From Oligoflexus sp. (GTDB taxonomy: Bacteria > Bdellovibrionota_B > Oligoflexia > Oligoflexales > Oligoflexaceae), in NCBI GenBank assembly GCA_041736305.1, contig JBGSTX010000244.1, positions 1-15,210 of the forward strand: a DNA stretch of 15,210 nucleotides, written 5' to 3'. This document shows positions 7,074-15,210 of this stretch, piece after piece. Under the pieces are notes generated by a model. The model was not told the DNA's origin. It did not search any database and saw only the letters and a list, made by a program, of their open reading frames with translations. Position numbers and translations under genes: made by a program. Within the stretch, counting starts at the first letter, position 1. Every line of letters begins with the position of its first letter.

Positions 7074-8324
7074 TTAATGGTCCCCGTGCAAAGCCTCAGC
7101 AAGTAGCGGATCAGCTACTGGCAACATAGGGAAGCGCTTTGCGAACCAGAGAAAAGTACCTAAGAACAGTCCGAGCATTCCCAGGAACAGACCTATTTCT
7201 ACAAAGGGCAGCGGCTTTAAGAAAGTTTCTGGGCTTACCACTTCAGGCATAACAAGAATGAGATAAGTGAACCATTGCCCGAGGAGAATAATACCGGCGA
7301 GAGGGATCGTGATGTAAGAAGTCCACTTTGCAGCTTTGAAAATCAAGCTGTAGAGAGGAATGACAAAGGCTAAAACCGGAACTGCAGAGACGAAGAAGAG
7401 CCAAGGACCGTGCAGGCGGTGAATAAAGTATTCGGTCTCTTCCGGGACGTTACCGTACCAGTAAGTTAAAATGTGGGCAAAGGTCAGATACCCGAAAAAT
7501 ACAGTAAATCCGTGCATCAGCTTACCGACATCATGGAACTGCTTGCGTTTGATATAGGGGCCGATGGCAGTTTTGCGAAGAGCAAACATGGTGATCAAGA
7601 GCGTGGCCATCAAAGTCTGCATCATAACCGCAAACTGCCAGCCACCCCAAAGAGTCGAAAACCAGAGAGGCGAGAGCGACATCGTCACGTCAAAGCAGAA
7701 GAAAGTGAAACCTACCCCGAAAATAATCAGAACCGGCGCGCTCCAAAACTTAGACTTAACGCGCACTTCTTCGCCAGCAGCTTCTGCCTCTTCATGGCGG
7801 CCTTCCATCCAGAGCTTGTCGCGGCCAAGCGAAAGTTTCAATTGCCAGAAAACGACTGCCGTCATGATCAGTAAGAGGAAAATCACCCGGAAGTACATCA
7901 GCCCGGGTTTCAGCCACATGTTCTTTCCCCAGAAATGATCGAGCATCGCCGGGTTTGCAATCCACTTGTAAACCTTGCCCGCACCTCCGATATCGAGTGC
8001 GATCGCTACAATAAAGACGGTAAAAAGCAGAGCCCCAACGGGCACGAAAGCACCAAAACCTTCTTGCAGACGACGAATTGGTCGACCCCAGCTTGCTCCT
8101 ATCACATCCTGCATAGCTGCGAGAGCCATGGCTCCAAGGCCGATGCTGAAAAAGAAGAAGAGATTGAAGAGATACGCTCCCCACACGCGGGTTCCTTGTC
8201 CCATGACAAAGCCACCAGCCATGGCACCTACACCGACTACTATTCCGACCAGACTGGCTATTTGCAAAGTCGGGGAGTTTAAATAAAGAGATCTCTTATC
8301 AGCAAAAAAGTCGTTCGTACTCAT
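7074..8324 (-). CDS. actF: Alternative complex III membrane subunit ActF
   Basis: Polytopic membrane protein with motifs ASWGRPIRRL, FDVTMSLSPLWFSTLWG, HDVGKLMHGF and YWYGNVPEETEYF. Last gene of the act operon. The start is reassigned to ATG 8324 (AAGGGG RBS) so that it does not overlap actE. Confidence 0.88.
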   Translation of the reverse strand: MSTNDFFADKRSLYLNSPTLQIASLVGIVVGVGAMAGGFVMGQGTRVWGAYLFNLFFFFSIGLGAMALAAMQDVIGASWGRPIRRLQEGFGAFVPVGALLFTVFIVAIALDIGGAGKVYKWIANPAMLDHFWGKNMWLKPGLMYFRVIFLLLIMTAVVFWQLKLSLGRDKLWMEGRHEEAEAAGEEVRVKSKFWSAPVLIIFGVGFTFFCFDVTMSLSPLWFSTLWGGWQFAVMMQTLMATLLITMFALRKTAIGPYIKRKQFHDVGKLMHGFTVFFGYLTFAHILTYWYGNVPEETEYFIHRLHGPWLFFVSAVPVLAFVIPLYSLIFKAAKWTSYITIPLAGIILLGQWFTYLILVMPEVVSPETFLKPLPFVEIGLFLGMLGLFLGTFLWFAKRFPMLPVADPLLAEALHGDH

Positions 8325-8338
8325 TCTAGCTACCCCTT

Positions 8339-8935
8339 TTATGGCTGTGTTTGAGGCGCTTGCCCCGGTTGGCCCTGCTGTCCGCTCGGTGGAGGAGCTG
8401 CTCCGTCCGTCCCTTGTAGGGTTCGGAGGTAAGAGATGATCCACCAGCGTTCATGCGGCGAGGTAGCATGACCGTAAGCTGGCATATTGCCGCCACCAAG
8501 AGAAATCTGCGCAAAATAGAATCCATCCTTGCGCGCTCGGTAGGCCGCCGTTGTCAGGTCGGGAACCGGAAGCGGATAGGCGGCTCCAAGCGTGCCCTTA
8601 CCTTTTGCATCGGCTCCGTGACATAGAGTGCAGTAGGTATCATAGAGCTTTTTGCCCTGGACCATGAAATCCGGTCCACCAGGAGCACTGCCCTCGGCAA
8701 AAGGATTTCGAAGTTCAGATTCAGCCACAGCCCTATCTTCTGGATAAAGAATGGCATTGACTGTGATGCTGTGGTCGGGAGGATTGAGATAGCTTTCCTG
8801 AGCTTTAACGGCCGGTGAATCAGCCATGTCGGGCATGTACTGCAACTTGGTCGTATTGCGCCCTTCTTCACGGCAAGCGCTGAGGCCGAGGAAGCTTCCA
8901 AGTAAAAGCCAGAGGGGCATCGCTTTCGATTTCAT
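8339..8935 (-). CDS. actE: Alternative complex III monoheme cytochrome c lipoprotein ActE
   Basis: LSAC lipobox, YMPDM motif, a single CTLCH heme site, distal Met in GNMPAYG, and ERWWIISYLRTLQ. Confidence 0.88.
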   Translation of the reverse strand: MKSKAMPLWLLLGSFLGLSACREEGRNTTKLQYMPDMADSPAVKAQESYLNPPDHSITVNAILYPEDRAVAESELRNPFAEGSAPGGPDFMVQGKKLYDTYCTLCHGADAKGKGTLGAAYPLPVPDLTTAAYRARKDGFYFAQISLGGGNMPAYGHATSPHERWWIISYLRTLQGTDGAAPPPSGQQGQPGQAPQTQP

Positions 8936-8945
8936 GTTGACTCCC

Positions 8946-9467
8946 TTACACCGACTCGATGAGGCGGATTTCTTCGGCTCCGCATTGCTTCAAGAGATTC
9001 GCCTGTTCTCCGTCGAGCGTGGCGTTTGGCACGAAAATGCCAAAGCGATCGTCGGTGAAGCGCGGATCTAGGATTCGCTGCTTGGGGTTCGGCAAGCGGC
9101 CCATGACCAGCATGCCGAGGATGGTCATCAGACCACCAAAAAGAATAGTCAGCTCGAAGCCCACGATAAAGTACGCAGGCAGCGAGTAAAGGCCCGCCAG
9201 CTTCCCACCAACAACGAGAGGCCAGTCGTAGTCTATCCAAAGCGCTAGGGTAAACCCTGTTATGGTACCCGTCAAAGCTCCTGCGAGAGTAAAATAACGC
9301 ACAGGGCTCGGCGGGTAGTCGGCTGCTTCTTCGATTTCGTGATAAGAGGTCGGACTAAAGACCTCGTGATCATCGAAATCGCTGCGACCTTTAATCTTCT
9401 TCATGGCGTCCGTCAGCTGATCCAGATAACGGTAGACGGCCAGAACTCCACCAGGTCTTCTTTTCAT
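8946..9467 (-). CDS. actD: Alternative complex III subunit ActD (DUF3341)
   Basis: Two TM helices flanking DWPLVVGGK, plus FELTILFG and DPRFTDDRFGI. Lies between actC and actE. Confidence 0.88.
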   Translation of the reverse strand: MKRRPGGVLAVYRYLDQLTDAMKKIKGRSDFDDHEVFSPTSYHEIEEAADYPPSPVRYFTLAGALTGTITGFTLALWIDYDWPLVVGGKLAGLYSLPAYFIVGFELTILFGGLMTILGMLVMGRLPNPKQRILDPRFTDDRFGIFVPNATLDGEQANLLKQCGAEEIRLIESV

Positions 9468-9483
9468 CTTAGGGCCACCTCTA

Positions 9484-10818
9484 TCAATGCTTCTTGCTCA
9501 AAGGTTTGGGCATAATAAGTTTCAATTCGGACATCGAGACTATCGGGAAGAACCTACAGAAGATGAGGAACCAAAACGAAAACCAACCAAAGCTTCCGAC
9601 GGTTAGACCGATATCTCCCCATGTAGGCTGAAAGTGGCCCCATGAACCGGGAAGAAAATCTTCGGCAAGTGAAGAAACGATGATGTTGTAACGTTCGAAC
9701 CACATCCCGACATTGATGAGGACCGCTACGACGAGGGAGACGGCTACGTTATTCCGCATAGCTTTCGACCACCAGATCATAGGGAAAATGCAGTTACAGA
9801 ACACCATGACCCAGAAGTAAAAGGCGTATGGTCCTATTGCCCGCTTCTCGAAAACGCCCCATTCGTAGGCATTGCCTGAGTACCAGGCGACGAAGAATTC
9901 AACGGCGTAGGCATAGAAGACGATAGTCGAGGTTAGGAGCGTGAGTTTGATACAGGCTTCAAGATGTTCAGGTCGAATAAATTCTTCCATCCGAAACATC
10001 TTACGCACGGGGATAAGCAGGGTATAAACCATGGCGCAACCAGACAAAATCGCACCGGCAACGAAGTAGGGAGGGAAGATTGTGGTGTGCCAGCCAGGCT
10101 GGATGGACATCGCAAAGTCCCACGAAACAATAGAGTGAACAGAGAGTACGAGGGGTGTCGCCAGGGCAGCGAGGAATCCATAACCGGCTTCGTAGTGATG
10201 CCACTGCTTAGCCGTTCCACGCCAACCAAAACACATCACGCCGTAAACGAGACGCTTGAGGCCCTTGACCCGGTCGCGAATCGAAGCCAAGTCGGGGACA
10301 AGGCCCATGTACCAGAAAAGAAGTGAAATGGTCAGATAAGTCGAGATCGCAAAAAGGTCCCAGACCAGGGGCGAACGAAAGTTCGGCCAGATGTTGTTAG
10401 TATTCGGTAGCGGCGGGAACCAGTAGAGCGCAAGCCAAAGACGACCGACGTGGATGAGGGGAAAAAGACCGGCAGTGATAACGGCAAAAACCGTCATGGC
10501 CTCTGCACTGCGGTTGACGGTATTCCGCCACTTCGCACGAAAGAGGAAAAGAATCGCCGAGATGAGAGTTCCGGCGTGACCGATACCGACCCAAAAAACA
10601 AAGTCGGTAATCAAAACCCCCCAGTAGACAGGACTTGTCTTACCTGTGATACCGATACCGACCGAGATTTCCCAAGCCCAAGTACTTGCCCCAATGATCA
10701 CGCAGATAATACTGGCGATCCAAGCCGCATAAAACATCGGATGCGGCTTGCCCAGGTTAGACAATATGCCATCATTCACATCCGAGATGGTCTTATTCCA
10801 CTTCACTTCCTCGCTCAT
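9484..10818 (-). CDS. actC: Alternative complex III quinol-binding membrane subunit ActC (NrfD/PsrC family)
   Basis: Motifs FVFWVGIGHAGTLISAIL, RSAEAMT, PLIHVGR, NFRSPLVWD, LSVHSIVSWDFA, PGWHTTIFPPYFVAGA and GMWFERY. Confidence 0.93.
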   Translation of the reverse strand: MSEEVKWNKTISDVNDGILSNLGKPHPMFYAAWIASIICVIIGASTWAWEISVGIGITGKTSPVYWGVLITDFVFWVGIGHAGTLISAILFLFRAKWRNTVNRSAEAMTVFAVITAGLFPLIHVGRLWLALYWFPPLPNTNNIWPNFRSPLVWDLFAISTYLTISLLFWYMGLVPDLASIRDRVKGLKRLVYGVMCFGWRGTAKQWHHYEAGYGFLAALATPLVLSVHSIVSWDFAMSIQPGWHTTIFPPYFVAGAILSGCAMVYTLLIPVRKMFRMEEFIRPEHLEACIKLTLLTSTIVFYAYAVEFFVAWYSGNAYEWGVFEKRAIGPYAFYFWVMVFCNCIFPMIWWSKAMRNNVAVSLVVAVLINVGMWFERYNIIVSSLAEDFLPGSWGHFQPTWGDIGLTVGSFGWFSFWFLIFCRFFPIVSMSELKLIMPKPLSKKH

Positions 10819-10872
10819 CCACTCGCTCCGCTTTTTCTGAGGTAAACGTCTCGCCGACGCTAACTTTTAAGT

Positions 10873-13800
10873 TTAAGGATGCCCGCCTGCTGGGCCAGGA
10901 GCCCCGGACCTATCGTGGCCATCCCCAGCCGCGATACCTTCACTTCCATCGTGCAGAACCTTAGCAATGTAGTTCACATTGGGCAGAGTCTTGAGTCCGT
11001 ACTCGCCGAGCTCAGGCTTACCGTTGAGGAGCAGATAAGCGCGATAGTCTTTTCTGTTCTTCGCGACCCGGCTGTTGGGATCGAGTAGATTTCCGAAAGT
11101 GATCGCATCGCTGGGACATGCCACCTGGCAAGCGGTCCGAATCTCACCGTCAAAGACGAGTCGACCCTGCTGCTTGGCATTGTGTTTGCCTTCGCGGATC
11201 CGCTGTACGCAAAGCGTACATTTTTCCATGATTCCCCGGGTCCGTACGGTTACATCAGGGTTCAGTGCACGAGGGTTGCGGTCGATAGGACGATCGCCCA
11301 TGACGTTCCACTTGTGGGTGAACCAGTTGAAGCGCCGAATCTTATAAGGGCAGGCGTTGGCACAGTAGCGAGTTCCCACGCAGCGGTTGTAGGTCTGGAC
11401 GTTGAGACCTTCTTGATCGTGGGTCGTCGCGTATACCGGACAAACAGCTTCGCAGGGTGCGTGATTGCAGTGCTGGCAAGGGACAGGCTGATAACTGACT
11501 TCTGGGTTATCAACGGGTCCACTGAAGTAGCGGTCGACGCGTATCCAATGCATTTCACGACCGATGAGAACTTGCTCGCGACCGATCTGCGGCACGTTGT
11601 TTTCAAGGTCGCAGGCAACGGTACAGGCGCCGCAACCGGTGCAACGCTCGAGATCGATCGACATCCCCCAGCGGTACTCAGTACTCGCCTTCCAGTCAGG
11701 GAATAGATAGGAGTTTGGACTCCTCAAATCGCCTTCTTTAGGTGCTAGCGAAGGATAAAGGTCTGGCACATCGTCGAGGTCTTTCTCTTTTCTAACGTTG
11801 GCGACAGCCACAGCTAAAGGATAGACCGGCATGATATCGCGACGATTAGCGATATCGTTGTGCTTCTGCATCGCGGCGAGGCGGTAGCGCCGTCCTGTCT
11901 TGATGATTTCAACTGTTTGTCCTGAGGTGACTGGGTCACCGCTCAGAGGATCGACTTCGGCAACCAGAGCCACCAAAGGATCGACACCGACTCCATCGGT
12001 GATTCGTGAAAGACCTTGTTTCTGCCCTCGCCCGCGCGGGACGGCGACAGTGTCGTAATGAAGCCCTGGCAGCGGGTAAATAGAAGCTTCGAAACTCCCG
12101 CCCGGACCTTTGACGACGACGAGATCGTTATATTTCACGCCGAGTTCACGAGCCTTATTCGGATTGATCGCAACCCAGGTATCCCAGGTGATGGTGGTCA
12201 GACCATCGCCAGCTTCCTGGAGAACAGGACGATCGGCTCCGTATCCGTCGCGCAACTTACTGTCGAGGTGAGCGATCAGACGCATGCCACTCTTCAAGGG
12301 TAGAGGCTGAAAGCGTTCAGCCACCGTCCCAAAAGCAGGCATATCGCGCTTGCTCAGCTGGGAAACAAAAAAGCCTTTGCGCTGGATAGCTTTGAAAAAA
12401 GTTTCGAAGTCCTTGTTGATGCCGGACTCTTTATAAACAAGCTTCCACTTGTCCCGCAGGTAGCTTCGATAGTCTTCAAAACCCATCGGCTTACCCATCT
12501 TCGCTGCGGCCCAGAGAAGGATATCTTCGGGCTGCCGGCTGTTGGCTACTGGACGAACCGTCGGCTGTTGGAGGGACCAGAATCCTGCCACCAGCTCTTC
12601 GTCGCCCCATGCCTCGAGAGGATTGTGGGTATTCAGAGCGAACTCAGCGTAGGTATCGGTAGCGCAGGGCATGCTCTGCATGGAGATGATACTGCGGCCT
12701 TTGAGAATATCGGCGATGCCGCTGGATGCGGGCATAGTGAACGCTGGATCGACATTGACTACGAAAAGTACATCATAGGTCTTTCCCTCATTCAAGAAGC
12801 GTGCGATGTCACCGGCGCGACCAGGACTCTTAAACCAGCCCTGATCGAAGAATTGCAGACGTTCTGCATAGGCACCGACCAGGACGTTGGCCATAATACC
12901 GGCAAGCTGAACCAGAGTTCCGTTGGGAGAAATGGCACCCGATTCACCGACCTGGACCAGCGACTTGCGGCTGAGCAGTTCGCCGGCAAGCTTATTGAGC
13001 AAATCATCGGAAAGCTTAAGCCGCTGCTTCGTGCTGTCGATCAAACTACGCTGTGCGTCGACTACGGCTCTTATATTGGCTTTTTCTGCCGCGGTACCCT
13101 TGGCTTCACTGCGCTTCAAGAGGCTATCGACCACAGCTAGAGTCACGGCCAGCTCATCGCCAGGTCCTATGACGTGCCGCTCGTCGGCTTTGCCGCCCGT
13201 CAGCGTGAGACGCGATTCGAATTGAACGAAGCGCCCTTTGGCGCCATTGCGGAAGGTATGACCTACCGACCAACTCTTCTGTTCGAAAATAGGGGCAACG
13301 CCCTCATCTAAGAATTCAGCGCCAACGCCGAGAATGAGCTTGGTGCGACGCATGTCGGTGCGTGGAATCCCGTCTATGCCGAAGGCTAGACGATGAGCTT
13401 CAGAAATCGCGTTGTAGATACCATTGGTTTCGTAGAGATAGAGATTATCTTCGGACTGACCTATGTTTTTCAGAAAGTCTTTATAGAACTGAACTCCGTG
13501 GCCAGTCGTTCCCTTAACAAGAAAACCGACTTTTTTTGCATCCTTTAAACGGACGCCGAGACGATCATAGACCTCGTCCCAGTTAGCATCCCCACGCCGA
13601 TTAGTCCCGTATTGAATTTGCGGGGCGACGCGGCGATCTGGATGGAAGAGTGCCTGCAACTCCGACATCGCCATAATAGAAGGGCTTCCCTGACTGAGCG
13701 GATGCTCGGGGTTTCCTTCAACAAAAACGGGCCGACCTTCACGCGTTTTAACGACAACGCCGACGCGATCGATAGTAGTTGCATAGTAGTTTGCAACACC

Positions 13801-14115
13801 TGGTACGAAGTCCTTCGGTTGCTCGACGTAGGGCACGGCCTTTTCAACAGGACGATAGACACAGGCCGTCGAGGCGAGTGCAGCACTCACACTGAAGAGG
13901 CGCATGAAATCGCGACGATCCACAGGGAGTTTTTTAGCTGCGCTGGCGTCTTGAATCTCCTGACTTTCCGCCAGTTCGGGGATCACCTCTTCGATATTCT
14001 TATACAGCGGTCCCGGTACAAATTCCTTGGCTGGCGATTCGAAAGGCTGATCGTTCGTGACAAAGACTTCTCGCTGGTCCTCGAGTCCACGAAGATCGCT
14101 ATCGATACTCCTCAT
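10873..14115 (-). CDS. actB: Alternative complex III subunit ActB (molybdopterin-oxidoreductase-like domain fused to an Fe-S domain)
   Basis: Tat-lipoprotein signal DRRDFMRLFSVSAALASTAC and REGRP..VEGNPEHP. C-terminal Fe-S motifs CTGCGACTVAC, CQHCNHAPCEAVCP, CVGTRYCANACP (3Fe-4S type) and KCTLC...ACQVACP. Confidence 0.93.
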   Translation of the reverse strand: MRSIDSDLRGLEDQREVFVTNDQPFESPAKEFVPGPLYKNIEEVIPELAESQEIQDASAAKKLPVDRRDFMRLFSVSAALASTACVYRPVEKAVPYVEQPKDFVPGVANYYATTIDRVGVVVKTREGRPVFVEGNPEHPLSQGSPSIMAMSELQALFHPDRRVAPQIQYGTNRRGDANWDEVYDRLGVRLKDAKKVGFLVKGTTGHGVQFYKDFLKNIGQSEDNLYLYETNGIYNAISEAHRLAFGIDGIPRTDMRRTKLILGVGAEFLDEGVAPIFEQKSWSVGHTFRNGAKGRFVQFESRLTLTGGKADERHVIGPGDELAVTLAVVDSLLKRSEAKGTAAEKANIRAVVDAQRSLIDSTKQRLKLSDDLLNKLAGELLSRKSLVQVGESGAISPNGTLVQLAGIMANVLVGAYAERLQFFDQGWFKSPGRAGDIARFLNEGKTYDVLFVVNVDPAFTMPASSGIADILKGRSIISMQSMPCATDTYAEFALNTHNPLEAWGDEELVAGFWSLQQPTVRPVANSRQPEDILLWAAAKMGKPMGFEDYRSYLRDKWKLVYKESGINKDFETFFKAIQRKGFFVSQLSKRDMPAFGTVAERFQPLPLKSGMRLIAHLDSKLRDGYGADRPVLQEAGDGLTTITWDTWVAINPNKARELGVKYNDLVVVKGPGGSFEASIYPLPGLHYDTVAVPRGRGQKQGLSRITDGVGVDPLVALVAEVDPLSGDPVTSGQTVEIIKTGRRYRLAAMQKHNDIANRRDIMPVYPLAVAVANVRKEKDLDDVPDLYPSLAPKEGDLRSPNSYLFPDWKASTEYRWGMSIDLERCTGCGACTVACDLENNVPQIGREQVLIGREMHWIRVDRYFSGPVDNPEVSYQPVPCQHCNHAPCEAVCPVYATTHDQEGLNVQTYNRCVGTRYCANACPYKIRRFNWFTHKWNVMGDRPIDRNPRALNPDVTVRTRGIMEKCTLCVQRIREGKHNAKQQGRLVFDGEIRTACQVACPSDAITFGNLLDPNSRVAKNRKDYRAYLLLNGKPELGEYGLKTLPNVNYIAKVLHDGSEGIAAGDGHDRSGAPGPAGGHP

Positions 14116-14172
14116 CTAACTACTCCCTATAGAGAACGAGGCTCGCGGGGCCTCGAGGTCATCAACTGTTTA

Positions 14173-14730
14173 CTAGTAGTGGCAGGTCACGCAGGAAATC
14201 GGCGCCTGATTCGCTTGGTGACACTCGATACACCAGCCCATCTGCATAGACTTTGCCTGAGACACTGTTGTCATCTGACTTACGTCACCATGACACTCTG
14301 AGCAGTCGACACCTTTCTGTACATGAGGACGATGCGTAAAGCGCACGAAATCAGGAAGGTCGTGAACCTTCGTCCAAACTACAGGTTCTTTCGCCTTCCA
14401 CTTGGAATTGAGGTACTGAATTGCCTCCTTATCCGTCTGTGCATACTGATGGCAGCCCATGCAGGTATTGAGAGGAGGAATGCCGGCCGAACTCGAGCGG
14501 CGCGCTGCGGAGTGACAGTATTCGCAATTCATCTGCAATTTTTGAACGTGGATGTTGTGCGGAAATTCAATGGGCTGGTCGGGATGGTAGCCGACATTGT
14601 CGACCGTGTCGCCAGGCGTCCACCAGTTAGTCCAAAATTTTTGACCTCGGCCGCAACCGCTTTGGAACAGAAGCGCCATGAGCATGATCAACCTTGCCAG
14701 GTGTGAAAAAGACTTACTCACAGTAGCCAA
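14173..14730 (-). CDS. actA: Alternative complex III pentaheme cytochrome c ActA
   Basis: Five CxxCH motifs (CEYCH, CMGCH, CSECH, CIECH, CVTCH), plus QPIEFPH, VHDLPDFVRFTH and MGWC. The start is reassigned to TTG at 14730, 6 nt after a perfect TAAGGAGG. Confidence 0.92.
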   Translation of the reverse strand: MATVSKSFSHLARLIMLMALLFQSGCGRGQKFWTNWWTPGDTVDNVGYHPDQPIEFPHNIHVQKLQMNCEYCHSAARRSSSAGIPPLNTCMGCHQYAQTDKEAIQYLNSKWKAKEPVVWTKVHDLPDFVRFTHRPHVQKGVDCSECHGDVSQMTTVSQAKSMQMGWCIECHQANQAPISCVTCHY

Positions 14731-14830
14731 CGACAGCCTCCTTAAGGATAGAACATTATCGACGGAAACTCGCTCACGTGTCAGCAAGGCTCACAAGCTA
14801 AGCTTTCAAGAAGCTCCTGACCCACGCTTT

Positions 14831-14986
14831 GTCCCTTAAACGAAAAGGCCGTAAACGCCACATCTCCCCTCGTTTTGAATGGGGACGGGATCGTCACGCC
14901 TCGTTTACGGGCACCTCGCTAGCTTCGTTTCAAGGTACGCATGCTCAACGCCGACGCATAGGATGGCGCTCTTCGTGTGACCGAAG
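14831..14986 (-). promoter_or_regulatory. Structured 5' leader of the act operon (candidate cis-regulatory RNA)
   Basis: Nested stems 14834-14844/14924-14935, 14849-14857/14902-14910 (perfect 9 bp) and 14865-14869/14881-14885, plus small hairpins at 14947-14970 and 14971-14986. Confidence 0.45.
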
Positions 14987-14991
14987 TTATT

Positions 14992-15019
14992 ATCATAATT
15001 TAAGCGCAGCGCCAATCAA
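14992..15019 (-). promoter_or_regulatory. Candidate sigma-70 promoter of the act operon
   Basis: Minus-strand TTGATT-N16-TATGAT in an AT-rich patch directly upstream of the structured leader. Confidence 0.4.
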
Positions 15020-15050
15020 TTTGTACCTATATTACAGCCTACAGCCTGTC

Positions 15051-15087
15051 TCAAAAATATTGAATGCTTAGCATTCAATATTTTTGA
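15051..15087. repeat. Perfect 37-bp AT-rich palindrome
   Basis: TCAAAAATATTGAATGCT-T-AGCATTCAATATTTTTGA: 18-bp arms around a single central base. Confidence 0.9.
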
Positions 15088-15164
15088 ATACATCCCCGCT
15101 CACGGGGTTTGGTCCGTGTTATACACCTCAGTTCCTATCTCACGATAGTCTTCGAGGGAATTCA

Positions 15165-15194
15165 CCCGAGAGGGCACGTTAATGTCCTCTCGGG
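15165..15194. terminator. GC-rich hairpin, possibly a terminator of an upstream gene outside the window
   Basis: CCCGAGAGGGCA-CGTTAA-TGTCCTCTCGGG, a 12-bp stem with one G-T. There is no clear U-tract. Confidence 0.35.
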
Positions 15195-15210
15195 GTATCA
15201 CGATTACAAA

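Noticed and set aside
8325..8444. 40-aa N-terminal extension of actF overlapping actE
   Set aside because: ATG 8324 has its own RBS just after the actE stop. The extension is low-complexity sequence from another frame of actE.
10873..14115. ActB as a catalytic molybdopterin oxidoreductase (or the operon as Nrf, Psr or Qrc)
   Set aside because: The fused B1-B2 architecture together with actD, actE and actF identifies ACIII, whose ActB is known not to bind a Mo cofactor.
7473..14706. Numerous antisense or alternate-frame ORFs over the act genes (e.g. 13612..14301, 12568..13140, 11182..11706)
   Set aside because: They overlap well-supported conserved genes, have no recognisable motifs, and are the expected by-product of codon bias.
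14829..15071. 80-aa plus-strand ORF upstream of actA
   Set aside because: It has a TTG start with no RBS and an atypical composition, and it runs through the structured leader and palindrome.
14831..15210. Identification as 6S RNA, tmRNA, SRP RNA or a known riboswitch
   Set aside because: No diagnostic conserved motifs were recognisable by eye. It is kept only as an unassigned structured element pending an Rfam search.

Overview
Bacterial genomic window of roughly 50% GC (estimated by eye). Gene content and promoter style suggest a Bdellovibrionota/Oligoflexia-like or related former-deltaproteobacterial organism; this is inference only. The right half is a minus-strand alternative complex III (ACIII, quinol:electron acceptor oxidoreductase) operon, actA-actB-actC-actD-actE-actF. 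It is preceded by a long structured leader and a perfect 37-bp palindrome, and it ends at a bidirectional terminator. The left half holds a lipoprotein M4/M36-like metalloprotease that runs off the left edge and is missing from the ORF track, plus an upstream small lipoprotein. It also holds a secreted membrane protein, an OmpA-C-like protein with a clear sigma-54 promoter, a miaE-pepQ pair, a Cys-rich-domain/HDOD fusion and a 78-aa hypothetical. An unlisted 23-aa hydrophobic ORF has its own sigma-28-like promoter and a strong RBS. No mobile element, CRISPR array, tRNA or rRNA was seen. Most of the window is recognisable housekeeping or respiratory DNA. The best leads for novelty are the 23-aa peptide, an apparently lipidated ActA, the structured act leader and palindrome, and the Zn-ribbon-HDOD protein.
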